From Podarcis cretensis (taxonomy: Eukaryota): a stretch of 64,000 bases of DNA. Shown one piece after another: positions 48,114-60,048 of the stretch. Every line of letters begins with the position of its first letter. The stretch's first letter is position 1. The stretch lies in NCBI GenBank assembly GCA_951804945.1, contig OX638156.1, forward strand, positions 35,464,001-35,528,000, read 5' to 3'. The notes beneath the pieces were generated by a model. That model had not been told where the DNA came from. It did no database searches and worked only from the letters and a program-made list of their open reading frames with translations. Position numbers and translations under genes: made by a program.

Positions 48114-49247
48114 TGACTCTTGCCCTTGGCAGCCAAATCCTGCAAGGAGGAGTTCTTAAAATGTGCAGGGATGCCTTGCCGACAGTCCTCGTTGGCAGGG
48201 TTCTTTTTTCTAGTCTTTGAAATATTTCAGCATTACGGAAAGGAAATAGGAAATCGGATAAAACATCCAAAAGCAATATTCTGCCTTTGGTAGTAAAAGA
48301 TTCAATTTGAAAATTAAGTAACTGGTGACCAGTTCGTCATAAAGAGATCCTAAAGCACCACCTAAGTTATTTCCTACTTGGCAGTTTTGAGCATCACACA
48401 CTGGTTGGGAGCCCAGGGGTTAAGAGGGGTGGGGAGGGAGCAGCAGGCATCTGTGTTGAGGATGCCCTGCTTGAGAAAAAACTAGGAACAGGGTGGTGAT
48501 ACAATGACTGCTGCAATCCATGCAAGATAATATCACCAAGGCAGCTATCTGTAAACAAGCAATGAATGTCCATTAAAATGACAAAAGTAGTTTCTTATCT
48601 TAAACAATAGCAGACACAGTAAATAAAGTGTTCACTTGTAATATATCAGTGGTTCAGTGCTCATTTCCTCTCTTTCCAAAATAGTTTTTATCATGAACAA
48701 TTACAAAAGCAGTAATAAAGAGTCCACTTGTGATATACAGTAGTTCAGTGCTCAGACGTTGTTCCTGTAATCCAGCGTTTTGTCGCTAAAGAGCGTAGTC
48801 ATCGAGCTGTCAAAATCAATTGTAACAGAATTGCACTGAATTATCTAGTGTCAATTGAGAAAAAACTAGAACACAATATTCCAAGGTGATGTTCACGCTT
48901 CATGGTTTTCGCAAATCCGTCTTTGCCACCTTGGTGCCTTCTGCTCTTAGATGCTTGGGACTACAATTTCCATCAGCCCCAGCCAGCACATAGATGAGAG
49001 TTATTGTCTGAAGCATCTGGAGGGCACCAGATTGGTGAAGTCTGTTGCGTTTATGTAAAAATGGAAAACCTGCTGTTCAGTTAATCCAGTTAAATCCTTT
49101 AACTCAAAAGGATTTGCTCTAGCAGATAGGTGGGCTAAAACTTGTAGCTGTGGTCCCAGGCTCTTTCCATCTCAGGATTATTCCTCCATCTGTGAAAAAC
49201 TGACTAGTCCCAGTTCACTTCTGTGGCCTGCTGTGCCTGGGAGCTAA

Positions 49248-49451
<204 letters not shown>

Positions 49452-51017
49452 TAGAGGATTTTATTATGGGGAGTAGCAGGCAACCTGATTGGCTGAAAGG
49501 TCAATCTAGAGGTGAAGGGCTGAGTCACATCCCTTCCTCTTCCACCTGTGTCCCCTCCCTGCTTACCTGAAGCCCCAAGTATGTAGCAGAGCCTGAATAT
49601 TAGGGCGTTATTTTAGGGGCTGAAACTTTTTTTTTTTTTCAAATTTCTTCAATGAGGGATTTTAAAACTCTGTTCTTGGTATAAGGAATTCAAATCTATT
49701 CTTTTTAGCTTGGTAAGTACGTTTGACAAAGAAGCACTTAAACTGTTTTTGGAAAACCAAAGAATTTTTAATTTTACCTCCTGAAAACGTCAGGTAATGT
49801 TTAATAATAATAACAGCGAGTAGATTGGCCATCATTTTTAATGATTTCTATGCAATTTTACATACATTTTATGTACCAAGCAAAACTAAATTCTATTCAT
49901 TTAACCAAAATATCTTTTGAATTCCCAAGTCGTGTTACAATATTTTAGCACCCTTCCTTTTAGCAAATTCCTTTTTTGAATTTGAAAGTTGAAAAATTCA
50001 GCATGCCCTGCTGTTTATGTCTGGCAGTTTCCCTTCTCTCCTGGCTGGGATGGAAAGGCTCCCTTTTAATCACTAAAAGGGCATTTTAGTGGCACCACAG
50101 AGGGTCTGTGTGGTGCTTGCATGCAGGCCAGTTCCTTTTCTGTGAAGGGAAGCCGTAGCATCACAGAGCTGGAGGGGACCGTGGATGCTAGCTAGTCCAC
50201 TCCCCGCTCCATACCAGAATGTCCAAGCTAGACAGATGGCCGGCCCACTTCTGCCTGAAGACCTCTTGGCCAGGGAAATCCCACCCATCCCTCTCACTCA
50301 TTGGCTCCATTGTCAAAATGCTCTTTATCCTAGCATGTTACCCAAACCCTCTCCTCCTGCAACATGAGCTCTGGCTTCTGGGCAGCAGCAAAGAACAGGC
50401 CTTTGCCTCTGCTCTGTATGTGTGAGAGAAATACACCGTAGGTGTTTGAAAGTGCTGTCGCATCCCCACTCAGTCTCCTCCAGGCTAAACATACCCAGGG
50501 TTTCTTTGCCCTTTCCTTGTAGGGCTTGTCTTCCCTGCCCATGACCATCTTCCCTACCCTCCTAAGAGCCCATACCAGTTTGTTTTCCTGAACATGAATC
50601 ATCCAGAACTGGAACGTACATGAGGGTTACCAGTCCAGCCTGACGCTTGGGGCCTCAAACCCTTTCTAGACCCGCTTATACTTGGGAGTAAGTCAGCCAG
50701 ACAGAGGATCCATTAACTTCACCATCAGCTCCTTTGAAATACCTTTTGTGGGCATGTGCCCAGGGAAGAACAGGGATTTGCCTTGCTGCTGCTACAGGGG
50801 AGGGCAGGGAAGGGAACATGACGCCCTTGGTCTTGGTCCTCCTTCGCCATCATCAGTGTATCCCCTGCAACCTGAAGGGCTTTGAAGCTTTTTTAAAAAC
50901 TGACATTTTGAGGACCTTGGATACGAACCCCCCACACCTGCAGTGTTCTTGTGACTCCTCAAATGTACACCACTCTGTTAATGCGGATCTTCAAATCTTT
51001 CTTTTTCCCCGCTGCAG

Positions 51018-51103
51018 AGTTTGTGATTCTTCGAGATGAGAAGTGGGGAGGGAATAAAACTTACACCCACTACGGAGACCTCGAGAAAGACTTTGCTGAC
51101 CAG
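51018..51103 (+). CDS. YARS1: YARS1 coding exon 8
   Basis: [29 protein letters not shown]; 86 bp. Confidence 0.97.
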
Positions 51104-51757
51104 GTGACACACTGGGATGCGGGTGGGGTAGGGAAGTGGCCAGCTGCCAGGGGTGGGGTGGGGGGCTCCTGGGGTCCTTGTTGTTGCTTTGTATGTGGGA
51201 AGAACCTCCTCGTGGAACGGCTCTGCTGGACTTGCATGAAGGGCTTGGGCTATCCTGCCAGGCAGACTCTGAGACCTGGCAGCAGTTGTGTGTTGATGGT
51301 GGGAGACCCTGACCTTTTGCTCTGCATGCCCACCTGGGGGGGGGGGTTGCATCAGAGGCCCGCAAGGGGAAGCTGAGTCACAGGGAGGGGCTCTAGACTG
51401 ACAAAGAATTGTGTTGCACATCCCCTAAAGCAACAACTCTGCAGTCGTAATGATTGCAAACCAGACATTCTCACAGAATTTGCATAGGTCAGATGTACAG
51501 AAACACTGCTGTTCTGCATAAATCAGACTCTCTGCCCCTTTTAATTTCTGTCTTACCAGCTGAGCAATATGTGGAATGTTTTTCCAGTGAAGCCCCATTG
51601 GCTTTCATTTTACACCACTCATCCATTCCACTGCCTCCTGCCCACCAGATTGTGCTTTGTGATTTGCGCCCACTGTTAGGAACGGCGCTGGGGACTGATG
51701 GGAACCCTCTAGGGAGAGCAGGACTAACTGGGTCTCCATCTTCTTCCATGGGTGCAG

Positions 51758-51893
51758 GTTGTCCACCCTGGCGACTTGAAGAACTCTGTGGAGGTGGCCT
51801 TGAACAAGCTCCTTGAGCCCATCAGAGAGAAGTTCAACAGCTCACAAATGAAGAAACTGGCCAGCTCTGCGTATCCTGATCCTTCCAAAGCAA
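51758..51893 (+). CDS. YARS1: YARS1 coding exon 9
   Basis: [45 protein letters not shown]; 136 bp. Confidence 0.97.
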
Positions 51894-52879
51894 GTAAGGG
51901 CTGAAAGGCATCTGCTGTTGGTCCATCTAGTTCAGTACTGTTGACCCTGGCTGGCAGAGGCTTTCCAGGGTTTTAAGCAGGGGGCATTCCCAGCCCTTCC
52001 TGGAGGAGATGCTGCTTGGGATTGAACCTGGGACTTCTCCATGCAAAGCAGAGGCTCCACCCCTGAGGCTCCAGAGCTTCCCACAGATGCTCCTGCACTC
52101 TCTGAGACCAAGAGCCCTGCAAGTTCTTTCTGGCAGGCTGATGCAGATGCCGGTCTGCCCCCACAAGGCTCTGCCCGGGTCTGGAAGATCTGACTTGCCT
52201 CCTTCACTGTCTGCAAAGCAATTGGACCTGCTAAGCGCCTCCCCTGTGGTGTGGCTCCTTCCTGGGTTCACTTTGATTGGCCAGACCCCATGTCTGTCTT
52301 GGTCCTTTTTGGCATACGCAAACACTGGGCATGAGTCTGGGTTGTTCTCTCTGGGTTGTTCTCTCTGAGACTCCTGCTCAGTTACTTGGGTCGTTTGCAC
52401 CACTCTGTTTCCCATGCCTTCCCGTTGCTTTAATTCTCCTCTCCATCCCATCCTCATCTCCTCTTGCTCATGCAAGAGAATACCAGCATCTTTTTTAAAA
52501 AATCAATTTTTATTGCAAGTTTCCCACATAAAATACAATAAAAGCCAAGCTAATCTAAAGAGAAAAGATTTTTTTAAAAAAAGACTAAGGAAGAAAATAA
52601 AGAGGTAAAAGTAAATAAAAAAGCCCTGTCACAACTGGATCCTACCCCATATTCTACCCACAAAAGAGTGAACCCTCCTAGGTCTGACCTGGGAGCTTCC
52701 CCCTCTTCTCCCAGCCTCACACACCAGGAGATCCTCTCTACCCTGCTTCTGTCACAGGGCCCTTCATTTCCCATCTATCAGTCTCCTGTCCAGCACCATT
52801 TTTGAGGCCTAGTCTCTCCAGGCTGCTGCCAGTCTTTGCAACTGCAGCTCTCCTAAAAACCTCCCTTCCCTGTCTGCAG

Positions 52880-52977
52880 AGCCTTCAGCGAAAGGCCCCA
52901 CGAAGAACTCTGACCCGGAGGAAGTAGTGCCATCTCGGGTGGACCTTCGTGTTGGCAGAGTGCTCAGCGTGGAGAAG
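52880..52977 (+). CDS. YARS1: YARS1 coding exon 10 (linker, start of EMAP II-like domain)
   Basis: [33 protein letters not shown]; 98 bp. Confidence 0.97.
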
Positions 52978-53191
52978 GTAAGCCTGCCAGGGGGCTTCCT
53001 AGAGGCAATTGGTTGACAGAAGGGTGCTGGCATCAGGACTCTTGAGAGCGTGTGCAGAGGTCTCCATCACACTCCCTGGGCCTCTGTACTGGGCTTGGGG
53101 TGCGTGGGAGATTGCAGGGTGCCTGCAACCCTGGAGGGGGCCATTCAACTTTTCACAACCGGGCTGTGACGCCGCCCTTCTCCCTTCGCAG

Positions 53192-53385
53192 CATCCTGAT
53201 GCCAACACACTGTACGTGGAGAAGATTGATGTGGGGGAGCCTGAGCCGCGGACGGTGGTCAGTGGCCTGGTGGAGCACGTGCCCAAAGAGGAGCTGCAGG
53301 ACAGGCTGGTGGTCTTGGTGTGCAACCTGAAGCCTCAGAAGATGCGGGGACTGGAGTCCCAGGCCATGGTGCTCTGCGCTTGCAG
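53192..53385 (+). CDS. YARS1: YARS1 coding exon 11 (EMAP II-like OB fold)
   Basis: [27 protein letters not shown]...[21 protein letters not shown]; 194 bp. Confidence 0.97.
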
Positions 53386-53565
53386 GTGTGTGCAGTGGAA
53401 GGTGGGGCAGGCAGACTTTGGCTCATGCAGAGGGGCTGCAAATGGATCCACTTATTGGGGGCATAAGCAGGCATTTGTTATCCCTTGGCTATGTTTTCCT
53501 GTTAGGCGAAGCGAGAGACCGACTGAAGCCTGCTTGCCGCTAACATGATTATCCTCTTCTTCCAG

Positions 53566-53707
53566 TGCTGGGGAGCCCTGCCAAATAGAGCCCCTGGACC
53601 CCCCGGCTGGCTCCTGCCCCGGTGAGCGGGTGTTTGTGGAGGGCTACGAAGAAGGCCAGCCTGATGAGGAGCTGAAACCCAAGAAGAAGGTCTTTGAGAA
53701 GCTGCAG
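53566..53707 (+). CDS. YARS1: YARS1 coding exon 12
   Basis: [47 protein letters not shown]; 142 bp. Confidence 0.97.
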
Positions 53708-54627
53708 GTGAGCGGGGAAGAGGCTCCTCCAAGTGGCAGGTGGCTCCATATTGGGCAGCTGAGCAACCGTGTGCCCTCCAGGTGTTTTGGGGACTACTCC
53801 TCCTGTTGGCCCCAACCAGCATGAGGCACACTGGCTTAAAGCAAAGCCAGACATTCCTTAGTCCAGGAATTGCTCTGCAATCCTAAGTGACTGCCCTTGC
53901 AGGAGGGCAGTTTCTGCCGCAGGGCAGGTAGAAAGGGCTTCAGAGCTGTGTGCTGCGCCTGCAGAGGGTCATCTCGTACTAGTAGAGAGCAGCAGATTCT
54001 GCAAAAAGGGCAAGTTGACCCTGATCTGCTTAAATATGGAGAACTGAGCCTCCCAACTGGTGCAAAATTTGGGGGCTCTGAATAAACCTATTCCTGCAAC
54101 TTATTTTCGGAAAACAAAACACTCGTGCCCTATTAGGCATTTTTAAACTGGAGGGAGAATCTAATAAATTTTTTAAAATGTAAGAATAAAAGCAGTCCCA
54201 AGCAGTTAGTAAGGGAGAGGGTGGTGTGTTGGTTAGCTTGATAGAGTATGGTTGTATGTGACTAAGGTACACAAGCCTGTGTGAACCTGGTGCCCTCCAG
54301 TTGTTTTGAACTACAACTTCCCTCAGCTGCCTGGAACTGTTGTAGTCTGGAACATCTGAAGAGCAGCAGGCCAGCCAAAGCTGATGTCAACATAGGAGGC
54401 TGTTCCTGCTGCTGCTCCTATTGTATAAAAGATTTGGTCCATCCTACTCAGTATTGCCTATGCTGGCCTACAGCAGTTCTGCAGGATTTCTGATTAGAAG
54501 GTTTTTTTGAACCTGCCAGGGATTGAACCTGGGACCTTCTGCATTGTCAAGTATTCTGCCACAGAGCTGTGGCCTCTCAGCATGACAGGACTGGAGAAAT
54601 CACCCTGCCTGTTCTTTCTCTTCTCAG

Positions 54628-54738
54628 GCAGACTTCCAGATTTCTGAGGCTTCTGTGGCCCAGTGGAAGGGGAAGAACTTAATGACCAAACTGGGGAACC
54701 TCACCTGCAAAACTCTGAAAAGCGGCAGCATCCGCTAG
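54628..54738 (+). CDS. YARS1: YARS1 last coding exon
   Basis: [36 protein letters not shown]; the 13 exons sum to 1587 nt = 528 aa plus stop. Confidence 0.96.
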   Translation, partial: ADFQISEASVAQWKGKNLMTKLGNLTCKTLKSGSIR

Positions 54739-55252
54739 CTGCCTCTGCCTCGCACTTTCAGCTTATGCGTGCCAGTTATTGCCCGACAAACATCCTCCAT
54801 ACTTACATTGCACTCCCAGCCATGAGATTCCAACCCAGCTGGACCTGACCCATGAAAAAATTGACATGGCTTCCATCTTTTGACATGGACAGAATGGGGA
54901 AGGGCACCTAGAAGCAGGAGGCCAGTGCAGTGAGGCCCCTCTCTCCAGGCACGTCTTATTTATACTGAGGAGGAAAGAGCCAGTGGCCTCGCCCTTCTGA
55001 CTTCTGGTGGTGACGGAAACCTCTCCAGATGTTGTAGAAGAGGAAATGCTGCTAGCACAGATCTGCCCTCTTATGATGGTTTGGTCCACATGCCTTCCAG
55101 GATGTTTGTCATACTCTGCTTAAAACAGAAGGTCTATGATGTTGAGCTCGGACTCAGGCTGGCAAAATTTGGAGAGGATCTCTTACCAGATTGGTAACGG
55201 TTAGGTCCATCAGGCATAAACACTGAATTCCAAATCATCTGTCATTTCCCCA

Positions 55253-55258
55253 AATAAA
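55253..55258 (+). terminator. YARS1: Probable YARS1 polyadenylation signal
   Basis: AATAAA ~515 nt after the stop, followed by GT/T-rich downstream sequence. Confidence 0.7.
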
Positions 55259-55799
55259 ATGGTCACACCATCTGGTTCCTGGTGCTTTTCTGTGGTAGCT
55301 GCATTCAGCCCAAGATGACTGCTTTCTAACATGCTTGGTAACAGATCAAATAGTTCTTTCTTTTTCACAGGGAAATGGCACAACATAGTAAAAACCCCAT
55401 GTAGTTCCAGTTACTGGTTATTTAACTAGCAGAGGGATGTGCATGTTTTCTGGCTAAGAGTCTTGTAGTACTTTAAATCAGACTCCCCCATCCTGGTGCC
55501 TCTAGATGTTTTAGACAATTTTGATTGGGCTGATGGGTGTTGTAGGTTAGAATATCTGCAGGTTACCAGGTTGACGAAGGCTGATAGCGTGTGTGAGAGA
55601 AGGACGTGAGGAGCTGGAGCAGCTGCCATAAAAAGCAAACCAGGAACACTTTTTTCCTGGTAGAAGTGTCCAAACTCAAGACCATCTGTCTCTACCTTTT
55701 ACCATTAATCCTTGCACAAGGGGAACATTTTGTGCATGTAGGTTATAGAAGCTTATTCCATAAGAAATATTTACTGTGGTAGCACTCGGAGACTTTGCT

Positions 55800-55805
55800 T
55801 TTATT
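55800..55805 (-). terminator. KIAA1522: Candidate KIAA1522 polyadenylation signal
   Basis: Minus-strand AATAAA ~3.55 kb after stop, convergent with YARS1 end. Confidence 0.5.
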
Positions 55806-58800
55806 GTGAGTGAGCCTGTACATGCTTAATGAGAGGGATTTGAGCAAACCTCCGTTTGCTGTAACTGGCACACTTGTATTTTTTATGCTTACGGAGGTTT
55901 GTTCTGGACTACAACCACCATTAGCTCCAGCCTGCATGATGTGCACTCATGCACTCAGCTGCAAAGTCTGTTCCCTTGGGTGGGGTAACATTGCTTGGAC
56001 TGGAATAGGCTGCAAAGCCGCCTTCCCATCCCCACCAGATGGAAGACAGAGAAACTTCTGCTTGATCAGGCAGGATGGCCGGCAAGTGGGTTGATCACTT
56101 GCGGATGGTTGCACACACTTACTGCATCTCCTCTGCCTCAGGCCTCTGGAGGGTGTGATGGTTAGACTAAGGTTACCAGGCATTCCCCTTTCCTGGGGAC
56201 AGTCCCTGGATTTACACATCAGTCCCCTGACAAAATCCATCTATTTAGTAGGAAGTTGAAAAGTGTCCTCAGATTCACTGGGTGGGGGGGGGGGAATCTG
56301 GTAACCTTAGGTTAGACCTCACTTGCCCTGGCTGCTCTTGGGATTCCTCCATTGGACCCCAGCACCTTCCGCACCCACACACTCCAGACTCTTCCCTTTT
56401 TCTTGTCGGTAATAAAATCTCTCATCCTCCCACAGCAAATATATTCACACCACAGCGAAAAGGTAAGAGAGACAGCAAGCAAGCAAGCAAGCTTTAATTT
56501 ATCTTTACAAAGACAGTCTTTAAAAATGTATTTCACCATCTTTCCCCCCCCCCTCTCATCCCTTTCTCAAAGGTAGCTCCCTCCCCCACTCCTGTTTTAC
56601 AATCATGAGGGAAAAAATCAAAAGCAAATGACCCAGGATTTTCTTCTTCTTCAAAAGTCTATATAAATCATTTGTCTAATGTTCCTAAAGAATAGAAAAC
56701 AAAGGCATTGAGGATGGGGGACAAATTCAGGTGCTTGGTGTCATTTCTAAATGCTGTACCCAGCCCCACTGGGGCACCCCCACCCCCACCAAACTCCCCT
56801 TCTGATTTGTCTGTTCTCCTGCCTTCAAAGTGCTGTGTTGGCTCTTGGCAGAACAATCTGGGAGGAGACTGCAGCCTTGGGGTAAAAGTAACTTGAGGTT
56901 CAGAGGGAAATTACGATATTCCCACCCCCACATCCCTCTTGAGGGGTGAGAAGGAAAGCCTCTTAGCTAGGCGTGAGCTCCTGACAGCTGATGTAGCCTG
57001 GAGAAGATGTTCAGGGGAGGGGGGGTCTCCAGCAGAGGAAAAGAGTGACTCCTGGGAGAGGCTCACTGCTGGGGTTTATAACATCAGGCACACATGGTCG
57101 TAAGTACAGCACCAGGAAAAGGAGGCAGGTTGGTGGGGGCAGGAGGGGGGGTTTCGGTATGGTGGCAACACACAGCTGAGTCTCCCAGTCAGGGTGCCAC
57201 CTTGCCACCTAATAATGGCCCTAGGCTTCGGGGGGTGCAAAATGAATGAACAGCCAGAAGTTTGGGGTGCCTAAAAACCATCACCTGCCATTACATTTCA
57301 GACCAGGGCTTTTCAAACACAGGCAACTATTTCAGACCATGTTGCCTGGCCAGCTCAGTGCTCTATTCCAGCCCTTTCCTAACTCATATTCTGGGTGTTT
57401 TGGATGACGATTCCCAGCAGCAGAAGCTGTTGCTCTGGCAGGGGCTGGTGGGAGTTGCCATTCCTGAACATCTGGAAGGAAGCAACTTGGCAAAGATGGC
57501 TCGGTCTACCCTGGCCAGCAACAACCATCCAATGCCCTTTTGCCATCAGAGATTATGTGCACTCAGAGCACTTACGTCACCCTACAAACCCTTTGAATGA
57601 ATTATTGTGTTCCTCAGAGGTTTAGTAGTGACCCTGGGATGCCCAGCCCTTCTTGGTAGCTTCATGTAGCAACTGGGAGTAGAGGGGTTCTGCCCTGCCC
57701 CTTGCACCGCTTGCAGTTTGCACCTTTCCGTGGCCAACATCAGGGCAACATGCCACCGACGACGAGAGGGAGGCAACCATATCCACTTCAACACACTATT
57801 TGCCTGCAGCAGGCGGTGTGCCTTGGGTGAAGCTGGACTCTGCAAGCCAGTGGGCTTCTAGCAAGGGATGCACACACACCCCTGACCCAGGCTGGCTCTC
57901 AAAGCTGCCTTAATACTTACCTGATGACCTCCTGCCATCCCTTCCCCTCCAGGAAGTTTCAAATTCACCAAAGAAAATGATACTGCCAAAGCCAGAATCA
58001 CACCACATCCACCATGCTGAATGGGAAGGAGGAGGAGAGCTTTGCTTGCCGAATGGAAGAGCCTTTGCCCACCCTACCCCACCCCGAATCACCCATTCAA
58101 TCCCCTTGCTCCAAGGTAGGATGCTCTAGGCCTGGAATGTTTTGCTGCAAAATGCCCCGGACCTTTAGCGTTTTGGCAGTGAAGAACTAAGCTCCAAGGG
58201 GCTCTGGCTGCCCCTCCCGCCAAGTCTCCCCCCCACCCCAAGCTGTTTGCTAAAGGCACCAACCAGCTAGCCCAGCACACACCTCTTGCACATGCCCTGC
58301 TAGGCAATTCAGGTCTTATGAGCCTCTCAAAAGGTTTCTCGTACCTGGACCCTCAAGGAGACGACCCGCCCTTGGGGGACAGTTCTAGGCACAAAGAAGG
58401 TAACATAAGTGGCGTCTGAAAAAGGAGAAAGAGTAGAACAATTATGTGTCCCTATTTGTGCTATGGTGGAATTATACTAGGTCCCCTCCTAGCTGTCTCC
58501 CACAGGAAGGGTGCAGCTCACCCTCCACCCAGAATCAGCTGTTGCCTGATAGGGACCAGTTTGCACCAAGGAACCCTACCTGGGCTAGCCAGGTACATCA
58601 CCACATGGCCCGTCACTACAACAGCAAGGCTAACTTGCAGGGTCCCTTCAGTGCAATCTCTTCGCAGGAGCACACAGGAGAGAAGCAGAAAGGATCTGGG
58701 CCCCAGCAGCATTTGGGAAGCCTACGCAGCTCTCCATAAACAGCCGTCCTTGCAGTCTCCAGCCTCGATTTGAGAAAGTGCTTGTTTTGTACAATTCCAG

Positions 58801-58871
58801 GGGTGCAAAAGCAGGCGATGCTCCCAACCCCACCACAAAAAGAAAAGAAGGGAGGGGGCTCTTCTGGGACG

Positions 58872-58874
<3 letters not shown>

Positions 58875-58919
<45 letters not shown>
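58875..58919. repeat. (CA)n microsatellite in KIAA1522 3' UTR
   Basis: Direct dinucleotide run. Confidence 0.95.
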
Positions 58920-58922
<3 letters not shown>

Positions 58923-59360
58923 CCTAGGTTGGTTCGACTCTGCTGGCTTCTCCTTGGGATGGGGCAGGGGGAGCAAGAAGCGCAAACTGTCCTCATTGTC
59001 CATTGTTCTTAAAAGCCATTTTCCTTATGCACAAAAAAACAACCACCCCACAATGGGAAAAGTAAAACCCCAGCTGAGAAAAGCTGCCCCATTGAGGGAG
59101 GAGGCGGCAGCAAGGAAGGGTGTTGTGCTACTTTTGTCTCTGTATGTAAAATAAAGCCGTATTACTGAAGAAAAAGTGAAACCAACACAATTTTTGCATA
59201 AATATCAAGGCCATCAGAGGCTAAGGCTGTTTTGTTTTCCTTTTCGTCGCATCCAGGACCTCCTCTGGCCTGCTCAGGTCCCTGAGATTTTTTTTTCCTG
59301 TGTATGTTAATTATTTTCAATTCCTGTATTTCAGGGGCAACCACGCTGCAGGGTCTCCCT

Positions 59361-59383
59361 TCACGCCATCTCCTCCTGTAAAT
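59361..59383 (-). CDS. KIAA1522: KIAA1522/NHSL3 last coding exon (D)LQEEMA*
   Basis: Acceptor ttttctccttgcag; phase 1 matches upstream donor; short terminal peptide as in orthologues. Confidence 0.82.
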
Positions 59384-60048
59384 CTGCAAGGAGAAAAGCA
59401 GAGGCAATGGGTTTCAGAGCTGGAATCCAGCGCCTTGCGACGGGACTGCCCACCCCCCAAGCCTACAACCCTCCCTCAACCCTCAGTTCCTCAGCTATGG
59501 AGAAAGGAAGCAAGAGAGCTATGTAGAATCAACACCAGAGACAAAAACTTAAAAGCTCTCTGCCTTGTTTGGGGGTAGGGGTAAATGCTACTAGGTGTGT
59601 TGTTTTACATATATGCGCCACCCCCAGAACATAACCCCTGTGCAAGATGAAATTGTACTATATTTTAAGATGGATAACACTGTAACAAACAGCAGTAATG
59701 CTGCACTTACATCACTGGGCAACTGTAAAACAAAATACATAATTAGATTTTTTTTAAATTCTCCAGCATAGCATTCTTTTTCCTATTACTAGGAGCCCCC
59801 AAGCAGGGCAAGATGGCAACCCACCCCCTCCTGTTATTGCCCAGAAATAAGCTGGAGACATAGTCAACATGACTGGCAGAGAAAGGGCAAGAAATCAGGG
59901 CCTGCATTGGTCAAATGGTGTGAGTGTAAAGCACCATGGTCAGTCAATAACGGTTGCCCAACAACCCCCAGGACAGACCTTCCAATATCAAGTGTGTTGC
60001 CACAGCTGAAACGGGACCATTCAATCCCCACCCTGCTCAGCCCCTTAC

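Noticed and set aside
59864-60048. Last ~60 aa of the 1115-aa ORF
   Set aside because: Beyond a consensus donor AAG|gtaagg; a proper terminal exon exists at 59361-59383
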